Below are positions 25,140 to 37,145 of a DNA stretch of 64,000 nt, in pieces (the first letter of the stretch is position 1; each line of letters starts with the position of its first letter). Source of the DNA: Mytilus californianus. Lineage: Eukaryota. Position numbers and translations under genes: made by a program. Location of the stretch: the NCBI RefSeq assembly GCF_021869535.1, contig NW_026262668.1:36022001-36086000 (forward strand), given 5' to 3'. The notes beneath the pieces were generated by a model, which ran no database searches, was not told the DNA's origin, and saw only the letters and a list, made by a program, of their open reading frames with translations.

Positions 25140-25905
25140 TTCCGGTCATTCATTCTGTCGATACCTATATTTTGGCATTGCAAAAGATCATGTTTTTCTC
25201 TGATTGTTCAGGCGCGGATCCAGTCATTTGGAAAGAGGGGGCTACCAACCCCCGGAACACCATGAAACGTTCACATAATTAAAATAATCGTAAAAAGGGG
25301 GGTTCGAACCCAAGAACAACCCCCTGGATCCGCTAATGCTGTTTATTACGTCTCTACACTGAATTCATTGGATGTGTACTGATTGATATTTTAGTCTTAG
25401 AAACATGAGTTGTTATTGTGTTTTAAACTAGTTTTCAGCAACTGTGAGTACTCTCAGACCGTATATCTAAATTCTTTTTGTTAGATTATTTTGTGTGCTT
25501 TGTGTCGATCCGATGAGTCAATTAATTTTCAACTGATTCTTATAGTTTGTTCTTATGTTGTGCTGTTAAACCACTGTCCCGGGTTAGGGGGCGCCCGCAA
25601 ACATATTTACCTCCCTCACATTCTGTATGTGTCTTTCCCAAATCAGGAGCCTGTGATTCAGTGGTTATCGGTTTGTTGCTGTATATCATATTGGTGTTTT
25701 CGGTTAATAGTTTTGTACATAATTCAGGCCGTTAGTATTCTCGCTTGAATTGCTTTGAATTTGTCATGTAGGGGACTTTTATAGCTTTCTATGCGGTATA
25801 GGTTTTACTCATTGTTGAAGGCCGTACTGTGACCTATAGTTGGTCTCTTGTGGGAAAATGTCTCAATGGACATCGTACCACGCATTCTTAAATTTATATT
25901 TTTAC
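25140..25905 (+). mobile_element. Penelope-like 3' UTR/pseudo-LTR (homolog of 3430-3955) with degenerate twister motif at 25571-25664
   Basis: Colinear with 3440-3950; P5 CCACTG/CAGTGG and CCCAAATCAGGAGCCTG remain. Confidence 0.8.
25209..25338. mobile_element. Small MITE nested in the Penelope-like 3' UTR
   Basis: Inverted termini GCGGATCCAG/CTGGATCCGC; absent from the homologous position near 3500. Confidence 0.7.
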
Positions 25906-26274
25906 TAGATTATATTTTGTTGTATTAAATATCTCTATTGAATATAAGAAGCAATTAATGCTAAGTAGTTCATTTCTCTAGGTTCATTTTGTGTATTGTT
26001 ATGTTATAATTGTATTGTTTTCACCAAATAAATATGATCGTATATTATCTAATGTCTATTTATAGATTTTCTGCATAAATTCAAATTTAAATTCAAATTT
26101 AAAGTTCTTGCGTGTACAAACGAAAATAGTTACTTTACCTTTTGTTGTTATTTGCAATGTCTATATATAGACATTCTAAAAATTCCCATGAATATGTTTC
26201 TAAAATTAGCTGTGAAGTGGAAATCACCGTACTTTCTTTGTTTACATTAAAGTAAAAGTTACAGCGACTACAAC

Positions 26275-26387
26275 ATGCCGATGGATCCACCAAATGGACA
26301 GTTGTGTAAAGGGTGTTCATATCTAATGACAGCCATTATATCGATAATCCTAATAGTCAGTTATACAATTTATGTTATTGCGAGAGC
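26275..26387 (+). CDS. 2TM-RING-H2 gene, exon with start codon and TM1 (MPMDPPNGQLCKGCSYLMTAIISIILIVSYTIYVIAR)
   Basis: ACAACATG context, hydrophobic stretch, donor GC|GTAAGT; phase 2 matches the acceptors at 27218 and 27344. Confidence 0.65.
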
Positions 26388-26908
26388 GTAAGTTAAATTT
26401 TAATTTCTATTTTTCTTTGTTTGCAACTTCATGAATATTTTATCAATAATGTAAACAATGTATTGCGCAATATAGCTGATGCTTATATACTTGTTGAAAA
26501 TACTGTTATCATGGTAATATTATACATTATATTGCTCTTATTAATAGTGAATATTATATACAAACAAGGACAGTGGGCCGAATGCCAAATAGTTTCAATG
26601 TAGTAAACGAATAAAAACTGAACACAGTTAAACAAAATAATTATTCATGGCTTTGTTTCAGTAACATGACTGAAAAACTATAAAATATTTCACAACCCTG
26701 CACATATTATTGAACTTTTCATCCGTTCCAGTATAAATGGGGTTCGATTGACACAATTTGAGCAAGAGTTAATTTCCTTTTGTTGAAGGTCTCAGTGCAC
26801 AAATTCCTTCATATCAGCCAAATTCAACTTGTTAAACTGATCGCCAGACTGTTTTCGGGTTATTCAAATTTGATTAGCCAAAAAGGAAAATTAACCATTT
26901 ACCCCTTC

Positions 26909-26951
26909 AAAATGGCGGCGAAGGGAAATAACTTAAACTGAAATTACGTCA
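26909..26951. promoter_or_regulatory. YY1-like motif (AAAATGGCGGC) next to a CRE-like motif (TTACGTCA)
   Basis: Motif match only; lies in the first intron of the RING gene model. Confidence 0.3.
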
Positions 26952-27217
26952 TATCAAACCTTTTTATAAAAATTATAAAATATGGTTTTGATGTGAATAA
27001 AATGTCTATTTGGAGATACCCTGGCCATGTAGCCAGGAGTTCAAAAAATTGCATAAAAGGAGAGTTAGGGTAATCTCAAAGAGGCAGCAACCTTACTACA
27101 CAAATAACTACAATGAACAAATAAATGTTTGTCATACATTGGTTCAACATATATATCACGTGGTTCTGTCCAGTTTGCCTTGTCCTTTTTACACTTTATT
27201 TCAAAATTTGCTTTTAG

Positions 27218-27263
27218 CCTTAAAATGATTAAACCCGGCAGCAACAGTAGTAAGAGGATGAAC
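27218..27263 (+). CDS. 2TM-RING-H2 gene, candidate cassette exon (LKMIKPGSNSSKRMN)
   Basis: TTGCTTTTAG acceptor, GTAAGT donor, phase 2 to 0, joins in frame to the acceptor at 27330. Confidence 0.55.
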
Positions 27264-27329
27264 GTAAGTAAAAAAATGTAATACTTATCTACACTTATTT
27301 AATTTATTTAACATATAAGTACTATTTAG

Positions 27330-27470
27330 ATATACTTTTACAGGTCAAATGGTGCCAGTTTCACAAAAGGAGACATAGTCTGTGCAGCCATTTTAATAAG
27401 TTTTGGAACAGTTATTTTGATTGTGATGTTAATTTGCTTGTGTCTTGAAACGCAATACTGTCGACAGCAG
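27330..27470 (+). CDS. 2TM-RING-H2 gene, TM2 exon (alternative acceptor at 27344)
   Basis: SNGASFTKGDIVCAAILISFGTVILIVMLICLCLETQYCRQQ; donor CAG|GTATGT, phase 0. Confidence 0.8.
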
Positions 27471-28149
27471 GTATGTATATAATTTAATCACTGAACTTAT
27501 ATGATTGATTGATTAATTGATGACGGTTTAACGCCAAGTGAGCAAAATGAGGACGAATGGTTTATGTAGCAGTGAGATCAAATGTTGTCAAATTTGCACA
27601 AAGTTTGATTAAAATAAGGTAGATATTTACCAAAAAATTTTATAATTACCGAGGCTAAATTCAAATGTAAACATCTTAAATTTGCATTGAATTGTGAGCT
27701 TTTGATTTGTGGCTTTGTAACGATGAACAGAAACAAAAGGTTGTAACAATTTCTTTGGGTTTGGGTATAAATAAGATTGTCTAGTGCTTGCATGATTTTT
27801 TCGGTCTTTTAACTTCTACACCACAACCTTACTTTTTTTCATCTCATATATTTCTGAAAACCTCACCCTCAATCATTTTCGTGTTTTGGCGTAGTAATCT
27901 TCAGGTTGGGTTCATATTATGAAAATGCATCAAACTATCATAGTCGAAAAGATGAATAATATGTAGAAGTTATATAAAAACTCCATACATTGATATATAA
28001 TTTTAAAAATAAACTTTACATATTCATTACGGAAACTATTCTGTAAATAGATTTGATGAAATGAACTTTAATGTTTCACAATGATGACATACGAACCATA
28101 CAGTATACGTCATCCACACCGTTTGTTCTGTCCACTGTGACACATTTAA

Positions 28150-28522
28150 TCATCAGTGACGCTCGAATAAAAAAAGTTAAAAAAAAAAGCGAAATAAAGT
28201 ACGAAGTTCAAGAGCATTGAGGACCCAAAATTCTGAAAGATTTTGCCAAATACAGCTAAAGCAATCTGTTCCTTGGTTAGAAAATCCTAAGTATTTCGAA
28301 AAATTCTAAGTTTCGTAAACAGCTAATTTAAAATTATGACCATATCAGTTATAACTCATGTTAACACTAGTGTAAACACAAGTGCTGAATACTGGGCTGG
28401 TGAATCCACGGAGAGGAAACCGCCACGAGCAGTAGCATCGACCGAGTAGTTGTAAATAAACTCATCAGAGATACCAGGATTAAAATTGTGTTCGCCAGGC
28501 GCGCGTTTCGTCTACTAAAGAC
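28150..28522 (-). mobile_element. One full permuted monomer (373 bp) of a hammerhead retrozyme-like repeat
   Basis: Minus strand begins GTCTTTAGTAGACGAAACGCGC and ends GAGCGTCACTGATGA; homologous to 50985-51250. Confidence 0.85.
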
Positions 28523-28794
28523 TAAACTGATTGTTACACATATCATAACTGTGGGGTCTAGGGGTTCCGTTTTGAATAGGAGGTGTCCTAGCATTCATTT
28601 CGTCGACTATTACATTTTATACAATACTCTGTAGATAGGAGGTTGAATAACTTTTAATAATTAATAAATTAAAAAAACACAGAATTTCTTATGGAAACAA
28701 GACTCAACCATGGCGTGACGTAATAAGCTACACAGGTAATGCTTTTTAAAACGAAGGGTGATTAAATTACATCAGATGACTTTTTATTTTGTAG

Positions 28795-28852
28795 CATGAA
28801 CGAGTTATGACTGTTCCAAGTAGAAGGATGAAACGTGTTCCTAAAGTGTCTG
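28795..28852 (+). CDS. 2TM-RING-H2 gene, linker exon (HERVMTVPSRRMKRVPKVS)
   Basis: TTTTATTTTGTAG acceptor, G|GTAAGT donor, phase 0 to 1. Confidence 0.85.
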
Positions 28853-29147
28853 GTAAGTTATCATTTTACAACAAGCAAACTACAAATGTAAAAAATTCAT
28901 TCTTCCTGTCCAAAAATACACATTCATTCAGTGATATTTATTTTGTTCAAAATCATGAACCCTTTTGTTCGAAATTCATTACCTAACAACAGCAGTTTAA
29001 ATCAAATTGTTTGGCGATCACTTTCAAACGTTTTAAAATGATAGGGCATACAAAACAATTGACCTGGATGAGCTAAACAGTTAACAGTTCATTTCCTAAT
29101 TGAATGTCAATTCACTTCCTTCTAATCACGAGATGTTTTTTTTACAG

Positions 29148-29222
29148 GTGATGACTGTGCAATATGTTTAGATGAAAAGAATTCAGCGATGACGACCATT
29201 GTTGGTCTTTCATGTCAGCACA
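29148..29222 (+). CDS. 2TM-RING-H2 gene, RING first half (DDCAICLDEKNSAMTTIVGLSCQH)
   Basis: C-x2-C...C-x-H pattern; TTTTTACAG acceptor, A|GTAAGT donor, phase 1 to 1. Confidence 0.92.
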
Positions 29223-29235
29223 GTAAGTTAAAACC

Positions 29236-30230
29236 TTTTTATCTCACCTGGCCCGAAGGGCCAAGTGAGCTTTTCTCATCACTTGGCGTCCGTCGTCGTC
29301 CGTCGTCGCTAACTTTTACAAAAATCTTCTCCTCTGAAACTACTGTGCCAAATTTAACCAAACTTAGCCACATTCCTTATTGGGGTATCTAGTTTAAAAA
29401 ATGTGTCCGATGACCCCACTTGCCAACCAAGATGGCCGACATGGCTAAACATAGAGCATAGGGGTAAAATGCAAGTTTTGTCTACTATTTTGAAAACCGT
29501 TATGAATAGAGAAAATCTGACAGGGGCAAAAATGTTCAGAATGTTGAGCTCTACCAATTGTTCATATACGTCAAAACTGTCAGACAACTTCTTATAGGAG
29601 TTATTGCCCTTAAATGATAAAGTTTACCATTTTTTTCATTTTTGCCTATTATCTTGAAAACAACGATAGATAGAGAGAAACTTTAAATTGCAAAAATGAT
29701 CAGCAAGACAAGTTTTACAAGTAATGGTTGAAATCGTCAGTCGACTCCTTATTAGAGTTATTACCCTTTGATGACTATTTTTACCAATTTTTTGCGTTTT
29801 TGCCTTATATCTTAAAAATTATAATAAATAGATAGAAACTTAAATAAGCAAAAATGATCAGCAAGACAAGATCTACAATTAAAACAATTTGTAGGAAATC
29901 TTTCAACGTCTCCTTATTGGAGTTATAGCCCTTTAATGATGATCTTTTACCAATTTTTTTTGCGTTTTACCTTATATGATAAAAATTATAATAGATAAAT
30001 AGACACTTTGATTCACAAAAATTATCAGCTAGGCAAGATCTACTAACAAGTCAAATTTTGCTGATATAGTAGGTAAACTGTCACTCATTATAGGAGTGAT
30101 TGCCCTAAAATAAGGGTTTTTTTACCCTCTTTTGTGTTGTGAGGAAAAACTAAAGAAGATAGAGAGAAACTAAACAGACCAAATGATCAGTAATACAAGA
30201 TCAACAAAACAGAGATTTTTGTCATGAATT
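29236..30230 (+). mobile_element. HINE/pearl-like element with ~160-bp internal tandem units, in a RING gene intron
   Basis: 5' CTCACCTGGCCCGAAGGGCCAAGTGAG hairpin, (CGT)n microsatellite, GAGTTATTGCCCTT-like unit near 29598, 29754, 29920 and 30093. The 3' boundary is approximate. Confidence 0.8.
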
Positions 30231-30689
30231 CTATTCTCGTCTATGTTGGATAAAGGCAACAGTAGTATACCGCTGTTCGAAATTCATAAATCGATTTAGA
30301 AAAAAACAAATCCGGGTTACAAACTAAAACTGAGGGAAACACATCAAATATAAGAGGAGAACTACGACACAACAGAAACAGGAGAGTGTCATTTGTTAAA
30401 TATGCACATAGACAAAGGTGAGCGACACAGGCTCTTTAGAGCCTCTAGTTTATGTTTTGTGCCTTCTCATCAATTGTAATTCGACAAGCAAGTAGAGGGA
30501 TTAGATCTTTTAAACATTATTTGATACTGTTAACTATCCTAAGGGGTTTACAAATCGGAAATGATAAGTGTAGTTGGGCTAACAAACGTTAAGCGTCGAG
30601 TTTATCAGATGAAGAGTATTCTAGAAAAAAAAAGTATTGCGTGCATGAAATATAAAATAATCGGTATAAATTGTTATAACTTTATTACC

Positions 30690-31110
30690 AAAGGGATATT
30701 CAAAGTCATAAGTAGAAAATAAACTGACAACGCCATGGCAAAAAAAAAAACGACAAACAACAGTATACAAAACACATCATAGCAAACTAAAGACTGAGCA
30801 ACAACAAAAAACCGGGGGTGATCTCAGGTGCTCCGGAAGGGTAAGCAGATCCTGCTCCACATGTTTCACCCGTCGTGTTTATCATGAAAGTACAAACCCG
30901 GTGATAAGTAAATTTTGGTAGGTCAGATTCGGGGAAAAGAGGACGGGATTGTGGTTACGACAATTGAAACATATCCGTCGTCATCTGTGAAACAGATATT
31001 CCATAACGGTCAACCAACTCGTGATTGCGTCCATAAAAATTTCGAATGGGTGATTTCAACTTCACCTCTTGGATATCTTTGTTTAATAGCTTCCTTATGA
31101 GCAGCAACCC
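30690..31110 (-). mobile_element. Family B Penelope-like 3' end
   Basis: Core GGAGCAGGATCTGCTTACCCTTCCGGAGCACCTGAGATCACCCCCGG on the minus strand at about 30812-30858. Confidence 0.85.
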
Positions 31111-31333
31111 TTGATCAGTTTGTCTTTACTAAATTCTAAACTGAGATTGACATATGATATAGACATTTGTCTACCGTTTGAGGTCTTATGTTGACCTCTT
31201 ATAATGTCTTTTGCAGTTTGATGTGCTGTTATGTTGTTGACCTGTTGTCTCAGTTCACATTGATGTATACTTTATATCTCGTTAAAGTCATATTTGATTC
31301 ATATTTAGACGTGCTGTTATATTATCATTTCAG

Positions 31334-31506
31334 CATTCCACAAATCGTGTGTGAAAGAATGGATGATACATAAATGTCCTCTAACTTGTCCGGAATGTCG
31401 ACAGCCATCAAAGAAATTTTCGTCAAAGACAATGATTTCTGACTTAATATATACACTGACAGCTAAAAAGAAGAAGGAGAAAACAGTACCAATGACATAT
31501 GTATAG
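31334..31506 (+). CDS. 2TM-RING-H2 gene, RING second half and stop (FHKSCVKEWMIHKCPLTCPECRQP...TYV*)
   Basis: CATTTCAG acceptor, phase 1; completes C3H2C3 with H-x2-C, W and CPxC; TAG at 31504-31506. A donor at 31501 cannot be excluded. Confidence 0.92.
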
Positions 31507-33491
31507 CAGAAATGTTGCTATACAGATAACATTATACTGACAGTCTTTCAGGGACCATTTCTGTGCTTATTTTGTTACTTTGAAAAAAATAATGAGTGAA
31601 AAGAATGACTGACTATTGTTATGTATGAATAGATGATTGTGTATCCATATTTTGAATTATTTACAAAAAAAATCATTCCATTATATAAGATATAATGCTA
31701 GACAATGTCTGCACTTCATAACATGTTGAAATACTATGTATATATATTTTTTTTGCAAGTAAAGTGCGATTTTATATGAGTGAATTTGAAAGTAATTGAA
31801 ATGATATGAATGTTTTTTACAAGTGTAAATATGTGTGACTTTCAAATGAATCACGAGAATACTGTCGAATACATGTGTAAGAATGATTGGTGCCATTCAT
31901 CGGCAAAAGAAAATAAAATATAAATAGGTAAACAATTATTTCATTTAAACAGTGCTTTTTCTTACGATTCTGTTTACACATAGGTCTAATGTTTTTGTAA
32001 CCTGCCTCTGTATACTTTCTTCATATCAATAATTTGATGACTAAACTAATATGGAAATATCCAATACAAACATATGGTAAATAATGTGATCTCATCGCTC
32101 TTGTGCAATAATTTAAACCTAGTGATACTGCAAATGAGTAGAGTTTTATACTCGTTTTGAAAACATTGTATATGAGTGTTTTTTTCATTGTTGTTGATCT
32201 GAAATCTTGCAATATTTATCTACAGAAATGATTTTTTTGTTATTATTTGTTTCCTTACCTAAAACGTTAGATTCAAGTCACGATACCAGTAATTTTCTTC
32301 ACTCCTTTTTGCTTGGAAAGAAATAACTGATATATGTGCGATATTCTGTAAACCCTTATGTCTACAAAGACAATGACTTAATTTTGTTACAAGGCGTTTA
32401 AAAAAATATTTACATTATTGTTGTATCGAAGTTATTAACAAGAACACTGACCGTGTTATTTTTTATTCGTCACGGTCGTCCTCTTCAGAAGCATATCTTT
32501 CATTCAACCACAACTGTTATATGCTGATGCTGCATATTTAAACATATTTCATACTTCATACTAGAATATATAAACGACTATTTGAATTTTTCAATGGTTT
32601 CTTTATTATAATTGTACACGGTGGCTTTCTTCCAGTATAGGTATGCATTTTTTGTTGTAACCTGGTATTATGGTTTAAAATTCGCCCAAAGACTTCAGAT
32701 ACATGTATTCGAAAGAATAGCGTTACTGAAAACGACAATACTGACTAAGATTCCAGATTTATTTTTTGCAATTGACATAATGATAATTCCTGATTTGGCT
32801 ATATTTTACAATAAAAAAAATTTAAATTTAAAGTAAGCTTCATATACTTCATTCTAAAACAAGTTATCTTTCCGTCCTTCTACAATGTATGTAAATTTTA
32901 TATGAATTTATAATATGAACATAGTTCTATATTAAAAGTGTCTTATATCTTTGTATCTTTATTTATATGCTGCCTGCTGAGGTTTGTGTTATCAGAAGCA
33001 ACTATATTAAAAGTAGAATGATAATATAACTGCTGATAAATAATAAGAATAAGTTCAAACTACTAAAGGAGAAATCAAAAATTGTCTTCATAAGATGGGG
33101 ATTGCATGTGTAAATGAAAACTGCCGTGCGATTTTATGTTGATTTACCAATCTATCATTAGCATGTCATGTTACTATTTTGACTTGCCACAAGATTTCTC
33201 ATCTCAATACCAACTCCAAGTCTCATTCTTATTTGTGTGAGCTAGATTACGGTTCTTTCGAGGTTTCTTTTTATTTTTGGCTTACATATCGTTAAAATTT
33301 CGGTCTCTATGCTAATTTGTTCAGTACGTCATGTCCATTTGCTAACTCACATTGGGTTGACTATTTATATGCTAAATAACAATGTGTGATTTTCCATTGA
33401 AAAGTACTTTTGACATGGTAAATCATGCCAAGTAGTTTTAACATATGCATCTGGTAATAATTAATAAAAATTCTTTGGAGCTATAGTGTTC

Positions 33492-34034
33492 CATCTTCGC
33501 TAGTCAAGGGTTACGATCCACTTCCCTCCTCTCCACCCTTGGCAGATTAAGCCAACATTTGTGATAACAATGTTGCGCCATCTATCGGTAGATTAAAGTC
33601 ACGCCCATTCCTAATACATTATTTTTGACCAATGGTAGCACTTGACCTCTTCAATCTGGAGGTAAAAACACGGTAGCGTCTAGATTCTACACACTTGGTA
33701 AAGCAGGAAACGAAAATATACGTTGACATTAATGCATTTGTGCAAGAAACATACACAGGAACTTCTATTAGTTGATTAAAAACATTCAAATTGTCACTAA
33801 ATATAGTCGTATGTTTAGGGATGTAAAGACTTGTTGCACAATAAGCACGTGGCAATTGTTTACATACACTTTCTACATTTACACCTGATCATGTTATAGG
33901 CGCTTTTTGATTTGATGCAGTGAGTTTCGACTGCAACCAATGAAAATCATTACCTTGTGTCTCCGAAATTCTATCTCAATCCGCCAAGGGTGGAGAGGAG
34001 GGAAGTGGATCGTAACCCTTGGCTAGCGAAGATG
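33492..34034. mobile_element. MITE with 57-bp TIRs and 9-bp TSD (Mutator-like by TSD length)
   Basis: TIR CATCTTCGCTAG(T/C)CAAGGGTTACGATCC...CCCTTGGC(A/G)GATT with 2 mismatches; ATAGTGTTC at 33483-33491 and 34035-34043. Confidence 0.92.
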
Positions 34035-35519
34035 ATAGTGTTCTAAATGTTCGAACAGATATCTTGAATGGCAGAAAATAAATTATAATTGATAGAAAAA
34101 AAATTACCTTTTTAATTGTATCGACTTTCCCCTTAGAAAATGTGAATATGAGAACACATTAGGATTGCTCTCAATTACTCTTGCGGTGACGTGTTGGAAT
34201 TTTGAAATGCTATCGTAACCCAATAAATAATCTCTCAGCTGACAAAACCCACAGATTTTGATTTCTCGATTTTGGTTCAATGCTTAATATTGTAAAAGCG
34301 GTTAAATCTTGTAGAATTTATTTCTTTTCAACATATCATCGAAATGTCATGTTTTTGCTACAGTACAAATTGGAATTTATTAGGATCCAGAAAAACACAA
34401 AGGACAAATTGAAATTCTAATATCTATACTAGAAGAAATTGGAATTCTGATAAATGCTAATTGAAATGCATTACAGATCTAGATTTTTACTAGGAGGATC
34501 CTGGATTGTACTAGATGATAACTTAAAAAGACATAATAATATCAATATTTTGAATTACTCCATGATGAAATAAAGTTATAATCAAAACTTGTCTGAATCA
34601 AAAAGAGAAAAGGCAAATTTTCCTTGATGGTATTTCACAGCAGAGCCTTTTTCTAAAAGTCCTACACTCTTTATTAAAACCACTGTGCCATATGTTCATA
34701 AGTGTACTTAAAGGTTTTAAAAACACTAGTGTACTGCAGAACATGTGATAAAATTATAAATACCTATGGATGGTTCAAAACTTCAATTTTGACAGATTTT
34801 GGCTAATTATTAGTAATTATCTAAACAAATATGTGTAGAAGGAGATTCTTAACGAAAAAAAGTCTATTGGAAATATTTCGATGTATGCCTTTCAAACACA
34901 GATTAATTCATGTAGGTTAATCACCGGTGTCCTTCGATAAAAATGGTGTCGTCACTTGCTATGTTGGTCATAGACAGGGAAGCAACAATTACTCTTGATG
35001 ACACAATGTCACTCAGTGAAAAAGTATTATACAATCATCAGACATAAATACGGAAATGATTAACAATAAACTCAATGTACTTGAACTAGAAATTGATACA
35101 ATATTTAAATTATGTTTTTTTTTCCAAAGAGATCATTGCGTCATATCTAGATGTCGTATAGGTCATACTAAAATGACTAATGAATATTTAATGAAAAAAG
35201 TAGATAAGACCTTGGTGTGAGTAGTTCTATTGGTATACTACATCGTAACCATACCGAACTTGTTTGCAGATTCCTACATCCCGAAAAGCCAAGCATCACC
35301 TTGGTAAGAGTACTTTTACGAGAACATTTCATTGCAACTATACCGGAGTTGTTTGCGGATTTCTAAATCCCAGAAAGCCAAGCATCACCATAGAAGCACG
35401 GGTTCAGCTACAACTATAGAATGCATTACTTGTCAATTCTGTCGCGGACACTCAATATTTATTTACTTTTTGCATAGTCACTTGTTTTGATCTATCGATA
35501 ACCGATGTGATACATAAAT

Positions 35520-35720
35520 ACTTGGTATGCAGGGAAGGCAGTTAATGTTTGGAAAACTAATTATTTCAAAGTTGAAATCGTCAATCTTTGTCGTTCTCAT
35601 TGTGTGTAGATGTCCATTACTGTTGAAATCCAAAAAAATGTCAGAAAATGAAACAGTACAAGGAGTTTCTGTAGTTTCGATGATATCCAGCTCTGATGAA
35701 TACAACCGTCGGCATTGGGT
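35520..35720 (-). pseudogene. Penelope-like RT fragment (second lineage)
   Basis: ORF-track peptide YSSELDIIETTET...FSDIFLDF...KIDDFNFEIISFP matches the palm/thumb motifs seen in the other RT copies. Confidence 0.75.
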
Positions 35721-35842
35721 TATTTTCTGCTCTTTGGTCAGGTTGTTGTCTCTTTAACACATTCCTCGTTTCCATTCCCTATTTTATGATATCTTGTTAG
35801 AATAGAAACATTGAATATTAATAGTGAGGATTTTTCCCCCGA

Positions 35843-36010
35843 ATGTGACCTACCGAATTAGACTTATCATCGGGTTTGTATTGCATGAACAACATGACGC
35901 GCGGGTGCCACATTGGGAGCAGGATCTGCTTACCCTTCCGGAGCCATGGCGTTTTCAGTTTATTTTCGATTTATGAGTTTGTATGTCCCAACGGTTTCTT
36001 TCGCTTCACT
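35843..36010 (+). mobile_element. Family B 3' end with internal deletion
   Basis: GTGACCTACCGAATTAGACTTATCA...GGAGCAGGATCTGCTTACCCTTCCGGAGC joined directly to CATGGCGTT. Confidence 0.75.
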
Positions 36011-36978
36011 TATACCGACGATAAATCGGAATGTTATGTTAATTGCTTTTTTTTTTCTTTGACTATATTATCCTTAATTGATTATTCAAATAATCCGAAT
36101 GGATAAGCGTAAAAAACCCTGATCGGTCAATGAAGAATACAAATTGCCAAAGGAACGTAAATAGGAAGTCTCACTATTTGCCTGATTTCTGAAAAGAAAA
36201 TTAACGGAAAGTGTATTGGAGTTATCATGGAAAAAAGGAACGCTCTTGATATTCTTTTCACATAACATCTTAATTCAGGAACACCATTAAGGCAATTTTT
36301 GTTGTTGTCTTTTTTGTCAATATATAAAGATGAAGGGTTTATGAAAATCATAAATCAAAGGAGACAGACAGACAGACAACAAAGTGGCTAAAAGAAAAAA
36401 GTAAAAGAAAAAATAAAAGGTTCAGAAAGACGTAGCAGAAAAAAAATAATTGTGTAATCTTTTAACTTCTGAAAACCAGTTGATTTCGTATATGTTTGAA
36501 TGTTGTTTTTTTTAATTGTTTGAGAGGTGTGTCGGGAGTGTATAATTTTCCTCAATATCATAAGTAAAAATTACAAATGTTTATTCCAAACTCTACATAT
36601 TAATGCTTATGCTAAAAGGAAATCTGCAGTAAAACCAATTTTCTACCAAAAGTCAATACTGTTCTGTTATGTAGGCTCTTTTTGGTTTGATTATCAATTT
36701 TTTAATAGCTTTAGCTTCCCTCATTTGTTTCCTATGAAATGTATTCTAGAACACGTGAAGTGGTCACTGAGAAAGGTATAAAATATTTAGAAAATTTATT
36801 TCAAGGATCTGATGCATATAAGTTTTTCGTTGAGCTAATGCACGCATAATATAGACTCGAAATGATCCCGTTTAAGTTTATTTTATCATAAAAGTCGTAT
36901 GTACATATGGTACTGTTATTTCATCGATTGTGTCTTTTTAATTTGACTGAGTGTGGAGCATGGCGGTTGACGCATACG

Positions 36979-37145
36979 AGGTTTAATCCACCATTTTCTA
37001 CATAAGGAAATGCCTGTACCAAGTCAGGAATATGACAGTTGTTTTCAATTCGTTTGATGTGTTTGAGCTTTTGATTTTGCCATTTGATATGGGACTTTCC
37101 GATTTTAATTTTCCTTGGAGTTCGGTATTTTTGTTATTTTACTTC
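36979..37145 (+). mobile_element. Family C 3' end beginning just upstream of the predicted twister cleavage site
   Basis: AGGTTTAATCCACCATTTTCT...GCCTGTACCAAGTCAGGAATATGACAG; homologous to 42484-42650. Confidence 0.85.

Noticed and set aside
26421-26603. Hydrophobic ORF as another TM exon of the RING gene
   Set aside because: No acceptor in a compatible phase; the nearest AG (26475) leads to an immediate stop; AT-rich sequence gives such peptides by chance.
28681-28735. Extra RING-gene exon ending CAG|GTAATG, with a TGACGTAA motif
   Set aside because: Stop codon in the required phase; the 27470 donor already joins 28795 in frame.
32560-32740. GPCR TM7-like (+) or CUB-like (-) peptides
   Set aside because: Short, interrupted by stops, and without consistent splice sites or partner exons.
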